Part shown: piece after piece, positions 52,278-64,000 of the stretch
Position numbering within the stretch: position 1 is the stretch's first letter
Layout of the letters: each line of letters starts with the position of its first letter
Made by a program: the position numbers and the translations under genes
Notes under the pieces: model-generated
What the model was told of the DNA's origin: nothing
Database searches by the model: none
What the model saw: the letters and a program-made list of their open reading frames with translations, nothing else
Source of the DNA: Camelus ferus
Taxonomy: Eukaryota
Assembly: GCF_009834535.1 (NCBI RefSeq)
Contig: NC_045696.1
Location: 78,742,001-78,806,000, forward strand
Direction: 5' to 3'
DNA: 64,000 bases

Positions 52278-54267
52278 GTTTTCTTAAGCATTGTTAGGGG
52301 AACACACTGGTGTCTTGATTAGTAAAAAAAAAAAAAAAGTAAGGAGAAAAGACTTACTGCCCAAGAAGGAGCCCTGGACCGTGAGCCTGGAGACGGGCTT
52401 CTGATTACAGTCCCAGTTGTATTTCTCTCGCTGTTACGTTAGAGGAACCAATTTAAGAGGTCTCTTATCTGAAAAGGGAGAATTGAATTAAATAACCTCT
52501 AAATGTCCTTCCCGATACAAACCTAACTTTATCTGCTTTAATTTTGACTAAGGCAACTCAAAAGTATGGAGAAATGTTTAAGCCCCACTATTTGATTTAT
52601 ATGCCCACACCATGCTGTGAATTCCTGGTAGCAGGAGACTTAAACTATAGCTTCGGGTTTGGGGTAGAATTTTGTATTTATTTCAAAAATATTCATGGCA
52701 TTCCTACTTTGAGTCAAACACTGTGCTAGGTGTTGTACGAATAAAAAGATGTATTAGATGGGTTTGGGTCCTCGAGGGAGCTTACAAACTAGTGAAGAGC
52801 GGAATATACATCTTTCAAATGTTGAAACTATAAAACCGAAGACAAGAAGAGACAATAAACATTCCAGGACTGAGCATAACAATGTATATAGTCTTTGTTC
52901 CTGGGCTGTTTGTTAATTGCCACAGACATTTGCTGTTAATTGGCCAGGACATTTTCCAGTTCAGTTCATGTGATGTGCTGCTCGTTCCCTCTTGTCTACT
53001 AAATCTGTTGCCACCATAGCCTGGAGAGATTCTAAAAGTACCATAGAAGACTACAGAAATGTTACCTCCCTGCAGAGGGAATTGGTCTGGGCATGAACCC
53101 ATGAGCAGTTTAATGTCATTCAGCTTATGTCTTGCGTTATCCTTGAGCTGACTGAACCCTGCCATCAGAAGCAGGGTTGCTGCTTGGGGCTGGGGGTTGG
53201 GGGTTTCAAGGGATAGTGTTCTATTAAACTTGACATTAACTCCTCCTCTGGTTATCTGCAAGCCAAATGAATTTTCAACACTCCCTCCCTCCCTCCCTTC
53301 CATCTTTTCTTCCCTCTCGTCTTTCCTGCCGTTCTCTCTCTCTCTTCCTTCCTTATTTGCCCATGCGGTCTATACATTTTTATCCCAATGTTATGGGGCC
53401 CTGTGCTGGATGATAAGGGTGTAGAGATAAAAAGTATGGTCTTTTTTCTCAGAAATCTCATAGTCAGAGGAAGGATATACAAATAAACAGGGATAATACA
53501 CCTTGATAACTGTTCAGGCAGTACTGTGCAATAAAGAGAAAGAGGAGGAAAGAGGGAAGGGATAGTGGTGAGGGAAGACGTTCTGAATGAAGCCTTGAAA
53601 CCTAGCTGTGTGTGCCTATGTGCATATGCATCTACTTTCTGTGGGGAAGAGTTATTGCATCTTTGGAAATTCTGAGGCAATAAGGGGCCACAAGTGGAGA
53701 GTCTGATGGAAGTCTGAACATTTTGTCTCTACTCCAAATGATGGAAGAGAAGTTGAGCCTCAGTCCTACTCCTGCCACCCACCTGCTTAACTAGGGTGTG
53801 TATCTTCCTTCTCACCTATCCTCTCACAGCTTCTCTCCTCTTCGAATGACATTTTATCAATGGACACTTCCTTTACACACACCCATGGGCCCCAGAAACT
53901 TGTCTTAATCCATTTACTCAAAAAAAAAAAAAAAAAAGGAAAAAGAAAAAAGAAAAGAAAGAAAAGAAAATTAACTTTCTTGTTGTTGCTATAAAGTAAG
54001 CATCTATGTGCTATCACCTATTTTTACTAGTCAGGGTGCTGATGAGAACAGGACAGGGCCATTAGGAGAAGTTCCAGTGGTTTGGAAGGGCTATAGGATA
54101 CAAGGAAAAGAGTGCATGATATGAGGCTGGAAAGGTAGACAGAGGTCTACTCTCGAGGTGCCTAGTATGCTGTTTGAAAGGGAATGGACCTTACCCTGAA
54201 GGTGATGAGTCACTAAAGCTTTATAATGATGTGATTTATTTTCAATAGTGAATCATATTTCATAGTC

Positions 54268-54838
54268 TGTAGTCAAGAATTTGGCACTGCCCAAAGAAAG
54301 GTCTGGCTTTTGTCTTCTGGGAGGTAATCCATGTCAAACCTGATAGGAGCATCTTTGTTCAGAGTGGGGGATGCCGGTACCAGAACTTACGGTATGGCCA
54401 ATCACATCTGATAATCTTAGGGTCAAGGCTGGTTATGACAGAGAGGCCAATCATGTGATTTTGGGGTGGGGTCATGTGGTATCAGCCAAACTGGAGGCTG
54501 AGATCAACCCCATGGGTAATCAATCAATCCTGTTATAGACTTCCAAGAAAAACTATGAATTCTGATGCTTGGGTGAGCTCCCCAAGCTGGCAATGCCTGA
54601 TGAGTATGTCCACATGTTGATGCTGGGAAAGTAATGCATCCTGTATCCAGGGGGAGCAGACCAAGGAAGCTCATGTGTAGAACTCTCTGGACAGTGAGTT
54701 TTATGAGTCCTTTTAATGAATTACTGAAACTGCTGGTGGCTTTGGGAACCCTCCCCACCCCACACACCTACACATACTGCCACACTTGATATAATATTGA
54801 TGCCAATCTTGGAGGGCTTGATCCCTGTAACTTTGACG
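54268..54838. mobile_element. Solo LTR, MER21/MER77 family
   Basis: tgtagtcaagaatttggcactgcccaaagaaaggtctggc...ctgggaggtaatc...ctggaggctgagatcaacc...gaattactgaaactg. Confidence 0.75.
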
Positions 54839-55854
54839 TTGGCTGAAACATCTCGCACATAGGATATAGAAGTAGGGGCTTTGGAGTCCAACTTGGATAT
54901 ACATCCTGGCTTGGTTACTTTTGAATCTGTGTTACCTCTCAAAGCTCTACTATCTTCATCAGAAGCAGGTGTCTTGGGTGCTCAGCGCCACCTCCCTCTA
55001 ACTTACCTCGGACTGAGCTGCCACTGTGCTCACTAGCTCCATGTGAGCTCAGACTCACTTTGCCCTGGTAGTAGTCCAACTCAAGTGTGTTCATCTGTTC
55101 CCCTTCTGACCCTGGGCTGCAGGAGCCTCTCAATTTACGCACAAATGGCCCAGGGCCAATCCTGTAACAAAGGGGGAAGGCAGCTGCAGTAAATGCCCCA
55201 AATGCTCACCTTGCAGATGGCCACTTCTCGGAGGCCTCCTGTTCATTTCTCAGATATTCCAGCTCTTGTTGCCCGGAGCGGCAACCATGACAGTGCACCA
55301 TCTACTGGCTTTTCCTCCCTCCCTGCCTACTTTTTTAACCTAAGACCTTCCTCATGCTCTATTTTAGAGCCTGAACTATGATACTATCACACTTTTACTA
55401 TGAAGGTTAAATGAGATAACATATTTATTTCAAAGAGACTTAGTGCTTATTATGTAAAGGCTGCTCTTAGAACTGGATGTAAATCAAGGCAGTATTTATA
55501 AGGTTGGAGGGAAGGGGATTCTTTTGAGACATTTGGGGAACTCATCTGAGAGACTTTAAAGATACTGGATGGGTGTATCACATGGTTAAATATGCTAAGG
55601 ATAGTGAGAAATCTTAGCCGACTCTCAGATTTCTGACTTTGACATTCTTTGAGAAAGAGACTATGAGAGAGGCAGGTTTCGTGGTGGGGAGAGCTGAATT
55701 GAATATTTGACGTATGAAGCTTGCTATTCTCGTGGATAGACAAGTGTGACTGTCCATTATTACATCTATACAGATAAAGAGACAGGCAGTCTGAAAAACA
55801 AGTTACCACTGATCCTAAGTAATGTTCTGCATCATCAGAGTGATGTTTACAGAA

Positions 55855-56272
55855 CAGAGGTTACAAACTGAACCTGGGGGTCCCAGACATAACTGGCTTT
55901 TGTTTAGTCTGCATAGTGTTTCTCCACATATTGGTATCTTTTGTTGTTGTTAGTTTTATTTATTTTTGAATCATTGTCTAAGTGTTTTTATATAAAAATC
56001 AAGATTTCTAGCTCCTCTTAAAAAGAAAATCAGACTGATCTCCAGCACTAAGCTTGCCTTTCTGAGTGGCCACACTCAGATGGGTGTGAACAGTTTGTCA
56101 GCATTAGGACGGAACACGCTTTCTTCAGCTGACCACAGGCCACGCCGCCTGCCCTACCTTTAGGCCAAGGGTCAAGGCTATTCACAATGCAGGCATTTTT
56201 TAGTTTTCCTTATAACAAAACCACATCACTCATTTTTGTGCTTCCTTGTAGCATTTGTGATTGAAATCTGTG
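55855..56272. mobile_element. hAT-Charlie element, MER102-like
   Basis: cagaggttacaaactg...ttttgtttagtctgcatagtg...aaaatcaagatttctagctcctcttaaaaa...gcatttgtgattgaaatctgtg. Confidence 0.6.
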
Positions 56273-56339
56273 CAGAATAAGAGAGTGGGGGATGAGGAAA
56301 ACCCTGGGCAAGCATTAGATTTTAAGTGACTCCTTTAAT

Positions 56340-57300
56340 AACATGGGTCAGATATATCGATCCTCTGCCCCAAGCTTCCAGAGCCTTCCCACGTTACTCA
56401 GAGTGAATCTGTAGCTTCTCCCACGGCATCCAAGGTTTGTATGATCTGGTCCCCAGCTAACTCCTTGACCGCATTTGCTTTTACTCTCCATCTTGCTCAC
56501 TCTACAGTAGCCCTCTTGTTTTCTCACCTGGCTTCCTTTTTCTTCCTAGAGTAAGACACGTGTACTCCCCCCTCATTACCTTGGCATCGACTGTCCCCTC
56601 TGCCTGGAAATCTCTCCCACAGATATCAAAGTCGTTACTGCCTCACTTGACATTGCTTGATGTTGCCTATCAGAGACAATTGTAACAATTGCTCTCTCTG
56701 AAGTAGCAATCTCCATCTCCAAACACCACATCTGCAGAAGTCAGATGAAGATACATGTGCGTGCATGCAAGCAACTGGTGTAAAAGGGATTTGTTGGCGT
56801 TCTAGAAACAGCAGCTGATGAAGAGGACTTTGATTTGATGTGGTTGTGGAGTCAGGTTCTTGGGCTCTCGCACAAGCTCTGCTGACAAAGTGCAAGTGAC
56901 CTCTGATAATTCCCAGTTTGGAGTGTTTCTTCCTTTCTCCTGCTTCTGGGTTCCTTTCTTGTGTCTTTCTAAGGGTCTCACTTTCAAATCTTTCCTATCT
57001 TCTCACATACTGCATCTGCTACCTCTCAGATGAGTTCTTCTCTGAAGCACACAAGAATGCTTAATTGTCTCCCATCCAAATGAACAAACAAGTAAACAAA
57101 CAAATCTCAAAAGATCCTACATTTACCTACCACACGTGAACACTGTGGGTAACCAGTGCTGCTGACTTGATTGTAAACTCCATGCAAGTGGCAATTGTCT
57201 CTCTTAATCTGTGCTGCATTCTCAGGACCCTTGCCTGTTACCTGGATCATGACAGAAAATACATAAGCAAACAAACAAATGAACAATTATGGGGTGGATG
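56340..57300 (+). mobile_element. L2 fragments
   Basis: ccaaggtttgtatgatctggtccccagctaactc...ccctctgcctggaaatctctccc; gattgtaaactccatgcaag. Confidence 0.6.
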
Positions 57301-57374
57301 AATAAAATGAGATAATACATGTGCCCTGAAAGTGATGTTCAATATAAATATAAAGGCATAGGTCATAATTTATT

Positions 57375-57870
57375 TTTATCTTCTTTTTGAGTGAACTGTC
57401 ATTGAACTATAAAGCACGTGCAGAAACATGCACACATCATGGCACAGCTCAATGGCTGTTCATAAAGTAATCACGCTTGTGTAGCCAAGACCAAAGTCAG
57501 GAACAGAATTATTACTGACACCCAGCACCTCAGAGTTCCCCTCCTTGTTCCTTCCAGTCACTACAAACCTCCACACACCAAGCTCTCTTGCATCCAGCTT
57601 CACCAACTCAGATTCTTGTTTGGAAGTTTCATCTGTATTACTCTGTGGAGTTAATCCATCCTCTATGGCTATGCAATATTTCATTGTATGAATATATTAA
57701 AATTAATGAATCAGTTCCACTTTTGATAGACATTAGGGTTATCCCCAGGTTTTGGCTACCATGGTTAGTGCTCCTCTGAGTATGTTTGCATGTGTCTTAT
57801 GGGAGATTTTATCCAGGAGTAGAGTTGCTCGGTTATATAGTTGTTTTTTAAGGCTACATATTGAAATGCC
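57375..57870 (-). mobile_element. Old L1 (L1ME-like) 3' end
   Basis: cacagctcaatggctgttcataaagtaatcac...caggaacagaattattactgacacccag...caggtttttggctaccatg...ccaggagtagagttgctcgg. Confidence 0.7.
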
Positions 57871-59069
57871 ACCTATAAACACTTCTAAAACACCTAATGA
57901 GGAATAGAAATTCAAACTCACTCAAGTAACAAGGATTTTATTGAAAGCTATACAAATTCCACAGAGTTCAAAAAAAATAGGAAATTACCAAAAGCAGGCA
58001 TATGAATTCATAAAGCACAGCATTTGGGTTTAAACCACTCTTCATATTTTAATAGATTCAGAAACATTTAAGATTTTATAACCCAGGAGGATGCTCACAA
58101 GGAGGCCACTAAGTCATCAAGAGCAAATTAAATTGTCAGGGTTGTGTAATATATTTTAGATAATTTTTTAATTAAAGAATTAAAATATAATTTGAATCTT
58201 AATAAGAAAAATATTTAGCAATGTGGAAATATCTTCTATCCTCATCTGGCTTTACTCAGGAGTCTAAATAGCTGCTATTTTATCCAGAGGAAAAAAAACC
58301 AAACTTTCTGTATGTTGAGGAAAAATGCTGTGGGGAACACTTAAATTTACTTTTAGCATATTTCAAATAAAGTATACCTTCATATACTTTAAATGTACCT
58401 TTTACAAGGACATACATGTATTAATCATTTAATAAATATATTATTATATTTATAAATCATGTAATTATCTCACACGTGATATGCATACAACAAAGTACAA
58501 GTAGAAGGACTTTCATTAACATATGTTGATTAAATGCCTATACAGTGCATATAATATGCATCATGTAAATTTTATATCCCTCTACCTACGTTATTAAACG
58601 TTCTTTTGGCCACATAGTTCCTCACAGGTGATAAATTTGTGCTGTAATCTTTATTGTGATTTCCACAGTGATATCCTACCTACACCATTAAGGAAGTAAT
58701 TACTGTTTTCTCTAGGTGCTTACATAGGTGACCTCGTGCTTTGTTATTCAACCTTCACTGAAATGTGTCATGACGTGCAAGAGAGAAAGGGCCTATTATA
58801 TTATTAGACAGGCATACCTGTCCCCTGGCTGGTTCAAAAGGACATTGTAAGAATTAATGAGATTATAGCACTGAAGTACCTTTAAATACTGGAAAAATTC
58901 AAACTATGTAATGGTTATGACTTTAAAATAACCACCAACGGTACACTTCAGGAGTCTGAGTGTGCATTCCATTCAAAAATCATTAAGTCAATAAATTGGC
59001 TTTATCATGTCATTTTTACTAAATTTAAAGGGTAGAGTCTTGAATTAATTTAACTTTTGTGAGAGACCT

Positions 59070-59600
59070 TTTCTATAAGGCAGGATTCTTTCAGTGGCAA
59101 GTCTGAAAACCCAACCCAAAGGAGCTTAACTATCAAGGGAATTAATTGGCTAAAGTAATTGAAAAGACTGGGGGTGGTATAACGGCAGGCCTGACTAGGT
59201 GTGGAGTCAAAAGGAATGGAAAAATGAAATGGCCGCCGTGCTCCGTCTCTTCTCCATTCTGCTCTGCTAGGTTACTGTCGTTCTCAGGCAGGTTCTCCTG
59301 TCTAAGAGCCAGTTGAGTCAATAGCCGCCTCAGAGGTGTCTCAGCCCATGTGGAATTCCCAGAGGAAAAGACAGCTTATCTTTCCCAAGAGTTTTATGAA
59401 AGTCCCCAGACTATTGTTGGCCACAGTGGCAATGCACTCCCCGCTGTGGTCGATCTGATGTGACCTCTGGTAGCCGGGAAGGGGTCACCAGTAGATTGTG
59501 GAGTCAGTAGTTCCAGCATTGTCTGATCCATACACAGAGAGGGAAAGGGCTGTCAGCCCTGAGGAAGGGAAGGTGCTGCCACCAGAGGACGAAGCCAAAG
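59070..59600 (-). mobile_element. MaLR (MLT1K/L-like) LTR
   Basis: ggattctttcagtggcaagtctgaaaacccaacccaaaggagcttaac...aagggaattaattggct. Confidence 0.6.
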
Positions 59601-60899
59601 GCAAAAATCAGCAAAGGACCAGGTTTTCTTTCATTCATCAGTGTGAAACGTATAAATCAGAAAGTCCAAAAAATTTTTTTCCACCAAACCCAGTTTTGTT
59701 TTCAACATTTCTTGAAGATTGATGAAATGTTCAACTGTTTTCGTGTAAATGTTCTGCCACTCTAAATTACCTCTTGGTAATTTAGCAAAACTACTTGTCA
59801 AAATCTTATTGACTTCGTGTTTCAGATTCACTGCCATGTTTTTCCCAGCGAGATCATAACTAGACTCGTGTTAATTAGAATATTTGGGACCCCAGATAAC
59901 AATTGAACACAGCAAATACGTAAGGCAAATGGGATGACCCTATCATGTTCAAATACCTACTAATTAGGAAGCTGTGAAGTTTCAGAGAGCAAGTAACACC
60001 GTTAAAACTCCCAATAGAGGAAAACCAGATCAGTCAAACTGATTTTATCTGTAGACAAGATTTTCCACAATTATATAATTAAAAAGGAATTTAGAACCTC
60101 AAGGGGAAAATTAAAGATCTTATAGAATAGAAGGAAAAAGTAACAAGGGCAAAGAAAGTCAAACTATGACAGATGTGCTTGTTGGTGGGTCATTTGAATT
60201 TTGCTCGTGGGATAACCCCAGCCAGAGGGGTATTTCCACATCGTTTAGCAGAGGCCACAGCAGGGATAAGGAGTTCTAATCACTTTATTAGAATCGCAAA
60301 GTCATCAAAGGAGGCTTGGGCATGTGGGAACAATTTATAGAAATATTCCATGAAATGCTTGTGTGACCACAAGAAATAATGGGAAGTAGATGTTCATGGA
60401 CACATTAAGAGAAAAAAAAATTGATTTATCTTGGCTGAAAAGAAGGACTCATGAGATTCTCTTTGGTGAGGAAAATAATTTTTTCTGAGAATGAGGTCTC
60501 TACTGGCAGCTTTAGTGCACAATCTTGGACTATCGGCTCCAATTAAGTTCTTATGCCTCTTTGGTAATGGCGATTAAAACATTAATCTACCTTATAATGT
60601 TGATTGTAACATATAAACTTGAACAGAGTTTTTAAAAAATCACTTCTGATAGAGGAATTTTGAACTATTTGGGATTCTGCTCTTCCTACCAATAATGTCT
60701 TAATGGAATTGTTTAACCTAGACACAACAAATCTTAGTGATTCTATAAACTTAACTCTGATATGTAGAATCTGCTGGTCCAGAACAGCAAGCTCATTCAC
60801 ATGCGAGGTTCAGGAAAGTCAAAGAGTGCGGCGTAATAGTGGCTGGGTTCAGATAGTACCTGTCACCACAAGCCAGGGTCACTTTTGTGCAACTGGGTA

Positions 60900-61491
60900 T
60901 GGATTAGTTTTCTATTGCTGTGAAATAAATCACCACAAATTTAACAGCTTAAAATAAGACCCATTTTTACCACACAGTTTTTTAGGTCTGAAGTTCAGAC
61001 ACAGAATGACTGAATTCTCCGTTCAGGCTCTTGTAAAGCTGAAACTGATGTGTTGGAGACTCCGGGAGAAAATTCATTTCCATGTTCATTAACCTTATCG
61101 GCTGAATTCAGCTCCTTTTGGTTGTAAGACTGCAGTCCCTGTTTCTTTGCTGGCTGTCATGTAGGGGCTTCTCTTCGCTCCTGGAGACTGCCAGCATACC
61201 TTGCCACATGGCCCCTTTTACCTGCAAATCCAGAGATGAGGAATCTTGTCAAGTCTCTCTTATGTATTGAATCACAAAGTTCAGGAAGAGACCTGTTGTC
61301 TCCTTTAAGGGCTCACCTGATTAAATCAGGCTCACCCAGGATAATCTCTGTTTCTTAAAATCAACTGTCCCATCTAATATAACTTAATGATGGAAAAAAA
61401 TCCATCATATTCACAGTGTCAGGGATTATGCAAGCTATATACCCCAGGAACTGGGCATCTTGGGAGTCATCTTAGAATTCTGCCTACCACA
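60900..61491 (-). mobile_element. Solo MaLR LTR (MLT1E-like), near full length
   Basis: tggattagttttctattgctgtgaaataaatcaccacaaatttaacagcttaaaa ... gggagtcatcttagaattctgcctaccaca. Confidence 0.85.
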
Positions 61492-61606
61492 TATTTGGCT
61501 GTCCTTTATGATTGGATTACCGTGTTCTGTTGATTCTTCTTTTGTGGTTGGCTTTATTCCTCTGATAACTAAGTAAGTTTAAAAAGCTAAAGCTCTAATC
61601 TGTTCT

Positions 61607-61857
61607 TTTTTTAAATTGAAGTACAGTCAATTATAATGTATCAATTTCTGGTGTACAGCACAATGTCCCAGTCTTGCATATACATACATATATTCATTTT
61701 CATATTTTTTTCCATTAAAGGTTACTACAAGATATTGAGCATAGTTCCTTGTGCTATAAAAAGAAACTTTTTTTAAAATCTATTTTTATATATAGTGGCT
61801 AATATTTGTAAATATTAAACTCCCAAATTTATCCCCTCCCACCCCCTTTCCCTAGTA
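61607..61857 (-). mobile_element. Short 5'-truncated camelid-type L1 3' end with TSD
   Basis: ttgaagtacagtcaattataatgtatcaatttctggtgtacagcac...aactcccaaatttatcccctcccacccc. TSD ctaatctgtt(c/t)t at 61595-61606 and 61858-61869. Confidence 0.85.
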
Positions 61858-62191
61858 CTAATCTGTTTTAACAAACAATGGTAAGTATATATATGTAAAC
61901 TAAAAAAAAGTGCAGTATATTGTATATATGTATTTACATGCAATATAATGTATATGTGTAGTCAAACTGTAATAATTCTACTTAATAAAACTGAAAAGGG
62001 GGTGGGGTGGGGAATTCTGCCTATCAGAATGTATCTTCTTTGACCTGAATGTAGGTGGATAACTCTACAATGCTCTATAATTCAAGCAAATAAATCATCA
62101 CTCCAGTTTTAAATCTGTTTCTACTTATCTATCACTGCTCTTCCTCTGCCTCAATCATGAAAATTGCCAAACTCTTGACACCACATGAGGC

Positions 62192-62371
62192 AGAGTAGTT
62201 CTGAAACTTAAGTATGCACGAATCTTCTGGGGAAAATGTTGAATTTGCAGATTGCTGACTGTCAATCCTAAGAAATTCTGGCTCAACAAGTCTTAGATAG
62301 AACCCAGAAATATGCATTTTAACAGTGATTCTGCTATATGCAATCAGCAGAACACAGTTCAAGAAACACTA
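62192..62371. mobile_element. MER5-like hAT MITE
   Basis: gagtagttctgaaacttaagtatgcacgaatcttctgggg...tgcagattgctg...cccagaaatatgcattttaacag...ttcaagaaacacta. Confidence 0.7.
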
Positions 62372-64000
62372 AGGCATCTGTGTGGTGATCCCGGCAGTCT
62401 TGGTGTGGCCACCTCCACTCCTGATAGTCCAGGGTACACAGCATTGTTCAGACTTGAAAACCAACTGTGGGATTTCTGAAAATATTTGGGAACTCAATTT
62501 GAGATCCACTTTATCTAGTCCTGAAAATGCCAAATTAACGTAAAGCAACTTTGGATGAGAAACAGAAAACAGAAAATAAATATATATGTTCTTCTACATA
62601 TCTTATATATATGTGTGTGTGTGTATGTAACTGAGGAATTACTTAAAGAATTTTAATGCTGTTCTCTAAGTGTCATTATTTAAAATGTTTTCTTTTTATC
62701 TGTGCTATATTTTGTTCGATTTACTTTAGCCATTCTTCACTGAGATAAAGTGTCATAAATATTGACTGCATTTTGCTTTTACTCATACATAATGATGACC
62801 AGGGAACAAAACATGAAAAAAGTGCTGTAGCCTCTGCTTTCATGCTGAAATAGACATTGTATTTTGGGATCATCAAAGTCTAAATACAGAGGCATAGTCT
62901 TGATTTGTGGATAGAAATGAGAAATAAAAAATAAAAAATAGCACCATAACAGGAAACACACTCAAAAGGAATGCTTTTTTTCTTTGACAATTTTTTAGAG
63001 TTACTCTGAACATAAATTGTTTCATCTTTTCTTAACTCTAGTGACTTCAGTTTATTTGTATTTTATTTTTCAGTCCTTTCACCCCATCATTAAATTAAAC
63101 CTGTTTGTCTCTAGAAAATATTAAACACTTGAAAGAAGAAATTTGTGCATTGCAACTAAGATATTTGCAGTCAGGCTTGCAGTAGATTTCCCTCAGGATT
63201 ATGCCATTTTTTGAAAAACACTATAGTAAATACAAATTCAGGTGCTCTCTTCAGAAATTGTAATCCATATAAAATGCTTACCTTGGCTTACCTGGTGAAA
63301 TGCAAATAAGTCTTTTCAATTGCTATTAGCAGCAATGATTATGGTAATAAATGAATATAAATATCCAGCTTCACTTTTACTTAACCTGTTCACAGAAACT
63401 AGTACAATATTAATTTATCACATTGTCATGCCTGCTAATTCTATTAGATAAAAATCTTAGCTTTTTAATAGCCAAATTCCATTAGATATCTAAACATCAT
63501 ATATATTGTTATTGAAACTGAGCAATTTCAAAATATATGTGAAGATAATATATGATGACTACCAAAGTGAATTCTAGAACACTTTATAATTTGGCTGGTA
63601 TGGTTGAAAATATAGCATATATCAGGTTTTTTCTTTTTAACCACTGAATTTTCATGTGAATTTTTTTCCAGGAGATAATTTTCTTTTTCTTTTTTTAATT
63701 TAGTTTCCAAAGTCATCCCTCAAAGAATTGAAAGATAGATTTTATTCTCTAAAGTTCAGATCTTTCTTCAGTGAAAAATGTCCTCTTTCCTTCCTGTACC
63801 CTTCACTCTTTTCCTTCTTGGTTTAAGTTCCTAGGGTCTTGAATTTCACTAACGTTTTGGGGAAAGTAAAGGTACTAATTTTTTAAATTTCCATAATCTT
63901 CACCTTTTTCATCACCTTTATCACCTGGAGACATGGATGTGAACTTCCTTCTCCTTTATTAAGTGAAACCTAAGCTTTCATACATAAACTCCCTCTGATT

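Noticed and set aside
58807..58822. gacaggcatacctgtc, a small hairpin matching the start of the Tigger1 TIR
   Set aside because: Only an 11-bp match, with no TA TSD and no further Tigger sequence.

Overview
AT-rich mammalian genomic DNA, most likely camelid (alpaca/camel). The basis is a Vic-1-type tRNA-derived SINE, camelid-type young L1 3' ends and a short Tigger1 derivative, with no Alu, BovB, PRE-1 or Can-SINE seen. The window holds the 5' end of a minus-strand gene I cannot name. It has a CpG-island promoter (~12.95-13.8 kb) with two alternative ATG-less first exons and candidate internal exons at 4668-4797 and 632-680; the rest of the gene lies left of the window. The ~50 kb upstream is intergenic-looking and dense in old repeats (L2, MIR, L1M, MaLR/ERV LTRs, hAT/Tigger elements), with a 100-N gap at 52178-52277. 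No prokaryote-type system (CRISPR, operon, rRNA, true tRNA) is supported, and I found no clear new biological system. The best leads are an 83-bp CpG-rich piggyBac-like MITE, a spliced 53+ codon ORF across the two internal exons, an intronic STAT-site cluster, and a tandem donor / AG|GT motif at 63.3 kb. Repeat family names come from recalled consensus sequences and old-repeat boundaries are approximate.
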